Source of the DNA: Eledone cirrhosa
Lineage: Eukaryota
DNA length: 64,000 nt
Direction: 5' to 3'
Assembly: GCA_964016885.1 (NCBI GenBank)
Contig: OZ024741.1
Coordinates: forward strand, 149,420,001 to 149,484,000
A program made the position numbers and the translations under genes. The notes under the pieces were generated by a model that was given only the letters and a program-made list of their open reading frames with translations, did not search any database and was not told the origin of the DNA. Shown here in pieces: positions 62,641-64,000 of the stretch. Position 1 is the first letter of the stretch. Each line of letters starts with the position of its first letter.

Positions 62641-63675
62641 CCTTAATTTAGAAATTAATAGTAAACTATTTAAATTTTCTTCCTTTTATTATTTCTGAAA
62701 AGGTAAAGGGATTGATGAAATAATAGATCATGCTAGAAAACAGCAACCCTTAATTCTTAATCTCCTGTACCACATGAAACCACATTAGTAAGACTTTCTT
62801 GTAAATTATAAAACAGTACTATGACTGCATCACATTAAAAATTAAAGTCTTTACTCTTATGCTATAAATTTTCACAATGATAATATATACATTTATAAAT
62901 AGAGATACTATAAACATTTGAATTAACAAACCAGTTTTTAGACATTTTCTGCTCAATCTTTACAGGATGTTAAGTTAATATAGTTGTTTAGCCCTAGGTA
63001 AACCCTGGTCAAACAGACCTATAATAAATGGCATTCAAAACAAGACTGTCCCTTTTTTTCAGACACAATATATCTAAAACAGCAGATTGGCAGAATTGTT
63101 AGAACATCAGATCAAATGCATTGCAGTATTTGTTCCGACTCTGAACTCTCTGAGTTCAAATCCTGCTGAGGTCAACTTTGCCTTTTGTCCTTTTGAGGTC
63201 AATAAAAAAAAATTACCTGTCCAATACTGGGACAATTCTTCTTCTATATCTCTTTCTCACTTCCTTTCTCTCACTCTATAGCCTTACCATGTTGGTTGGT
63301 TGGTTGGTATATATAGTTTCCTTACTAGTGGACAGATTATTATGAAAATTTGCTATTTTGTACTTTTCAAGAATGTCTTGCAAATGTGATTTCATGTGGC
63401 ACAAAATGTTAAGAGTCAAGTGGGTGTTTATAACATAACTTAACAAAAGGTTATCACAAAAAATTAAGAATGGAAGGTTTTGATTTTAATAGAGGGGGTT
63501 TTATATCATAGAGACCAAAGGTGCTCACAGGAATGTGTAGTTAAAGAGTTTACTTAGCTAGCAACTACATGGTTTGGGGTTTACTCCTATTGTGTGCAAT
63601 TGTCTTCTACTATAGCCTTAGGTTGACTAATGTGAAATTTGGTAGATGAAAACTGAGCGGAAGCCCATTGTATAT

Positions 63676-64000
63676 ATATATCATCATCACCATCATCATT
63701 TTTACATCCGTTTTTCCATGCTTGCATGAGTTGGACAGGTCCTTTTCAGAACAACATCTCTCCACTTGCTGCATTTCTTCAGCACAACATCTCTCCACTT
63801 GCTGCATTTCTTCATCACCTCCTCTATGAGGCTCAGTGATTTGAGGTCAGCTCACACCACCTCTTCCCAGGTCTTTCTCGGTCCACCTCAACTCTAGCTT
63901 CCGTCCACTGGTATTTCCTGGCATTTTTTCACCCATTGATCATCATTCATGTATATCACATGCCCATACCAATGCAGTCATTTCTTCTGCACACCACCTC
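63676..64000 (-). mobile_element. RTE 3' fragment, truncated by window end
   Basis: (CAT)n tail and 3' stem; the reverse strand encodes HWYGHV and PRKTWEEVV segments. Confidence 0.85.

Overview
This is an AT-rich, intron- and repeat-dense animal genomic window. The SINE/RTE/microsatellite landscape suggests an octopus-like cephalopod (inference). It holds parts of two spliced host genes, both on the minus strand. The first is six in-phase coding exons (32117 to 4004; 924 nt, 308 codons) of a secreted GH18 chitinase-family gene that continues past position 1. The second is the last two exons (61214-61138, 58139-57993) of a galactocerebrosidase (GALC, GH59)-like gene. Nearly everything else is repeat: a 74-bp satellite with higher-order structure (1-3760), a ~545-bp foldback, a near-full-length L1/Tx1-type LINE, many RTE and R4/Dong-type LINE fragments, SINEs and MITEs. 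There is also a multi-level nest: an RTE split by a CsRn1-like Gypsy element, which is itself split by a non-coding LTR element and a second Gypsy, all with readable TSDs. The least expected signal is four sequence-unrelated type-I hammerhead ribozyme folds (24073-24151 +, 25725-25762 +, 32308-32366 -, 60282-60346 -), two of them sense to host genes. Both Gypsy elements show a GGGAAAC slippery site plus pseudoknot. Most short ORFs in the track are artefacts of repeats. Everything was read by eye and no searches were run; TE boundaries are approximate unless TSDs are quoted.
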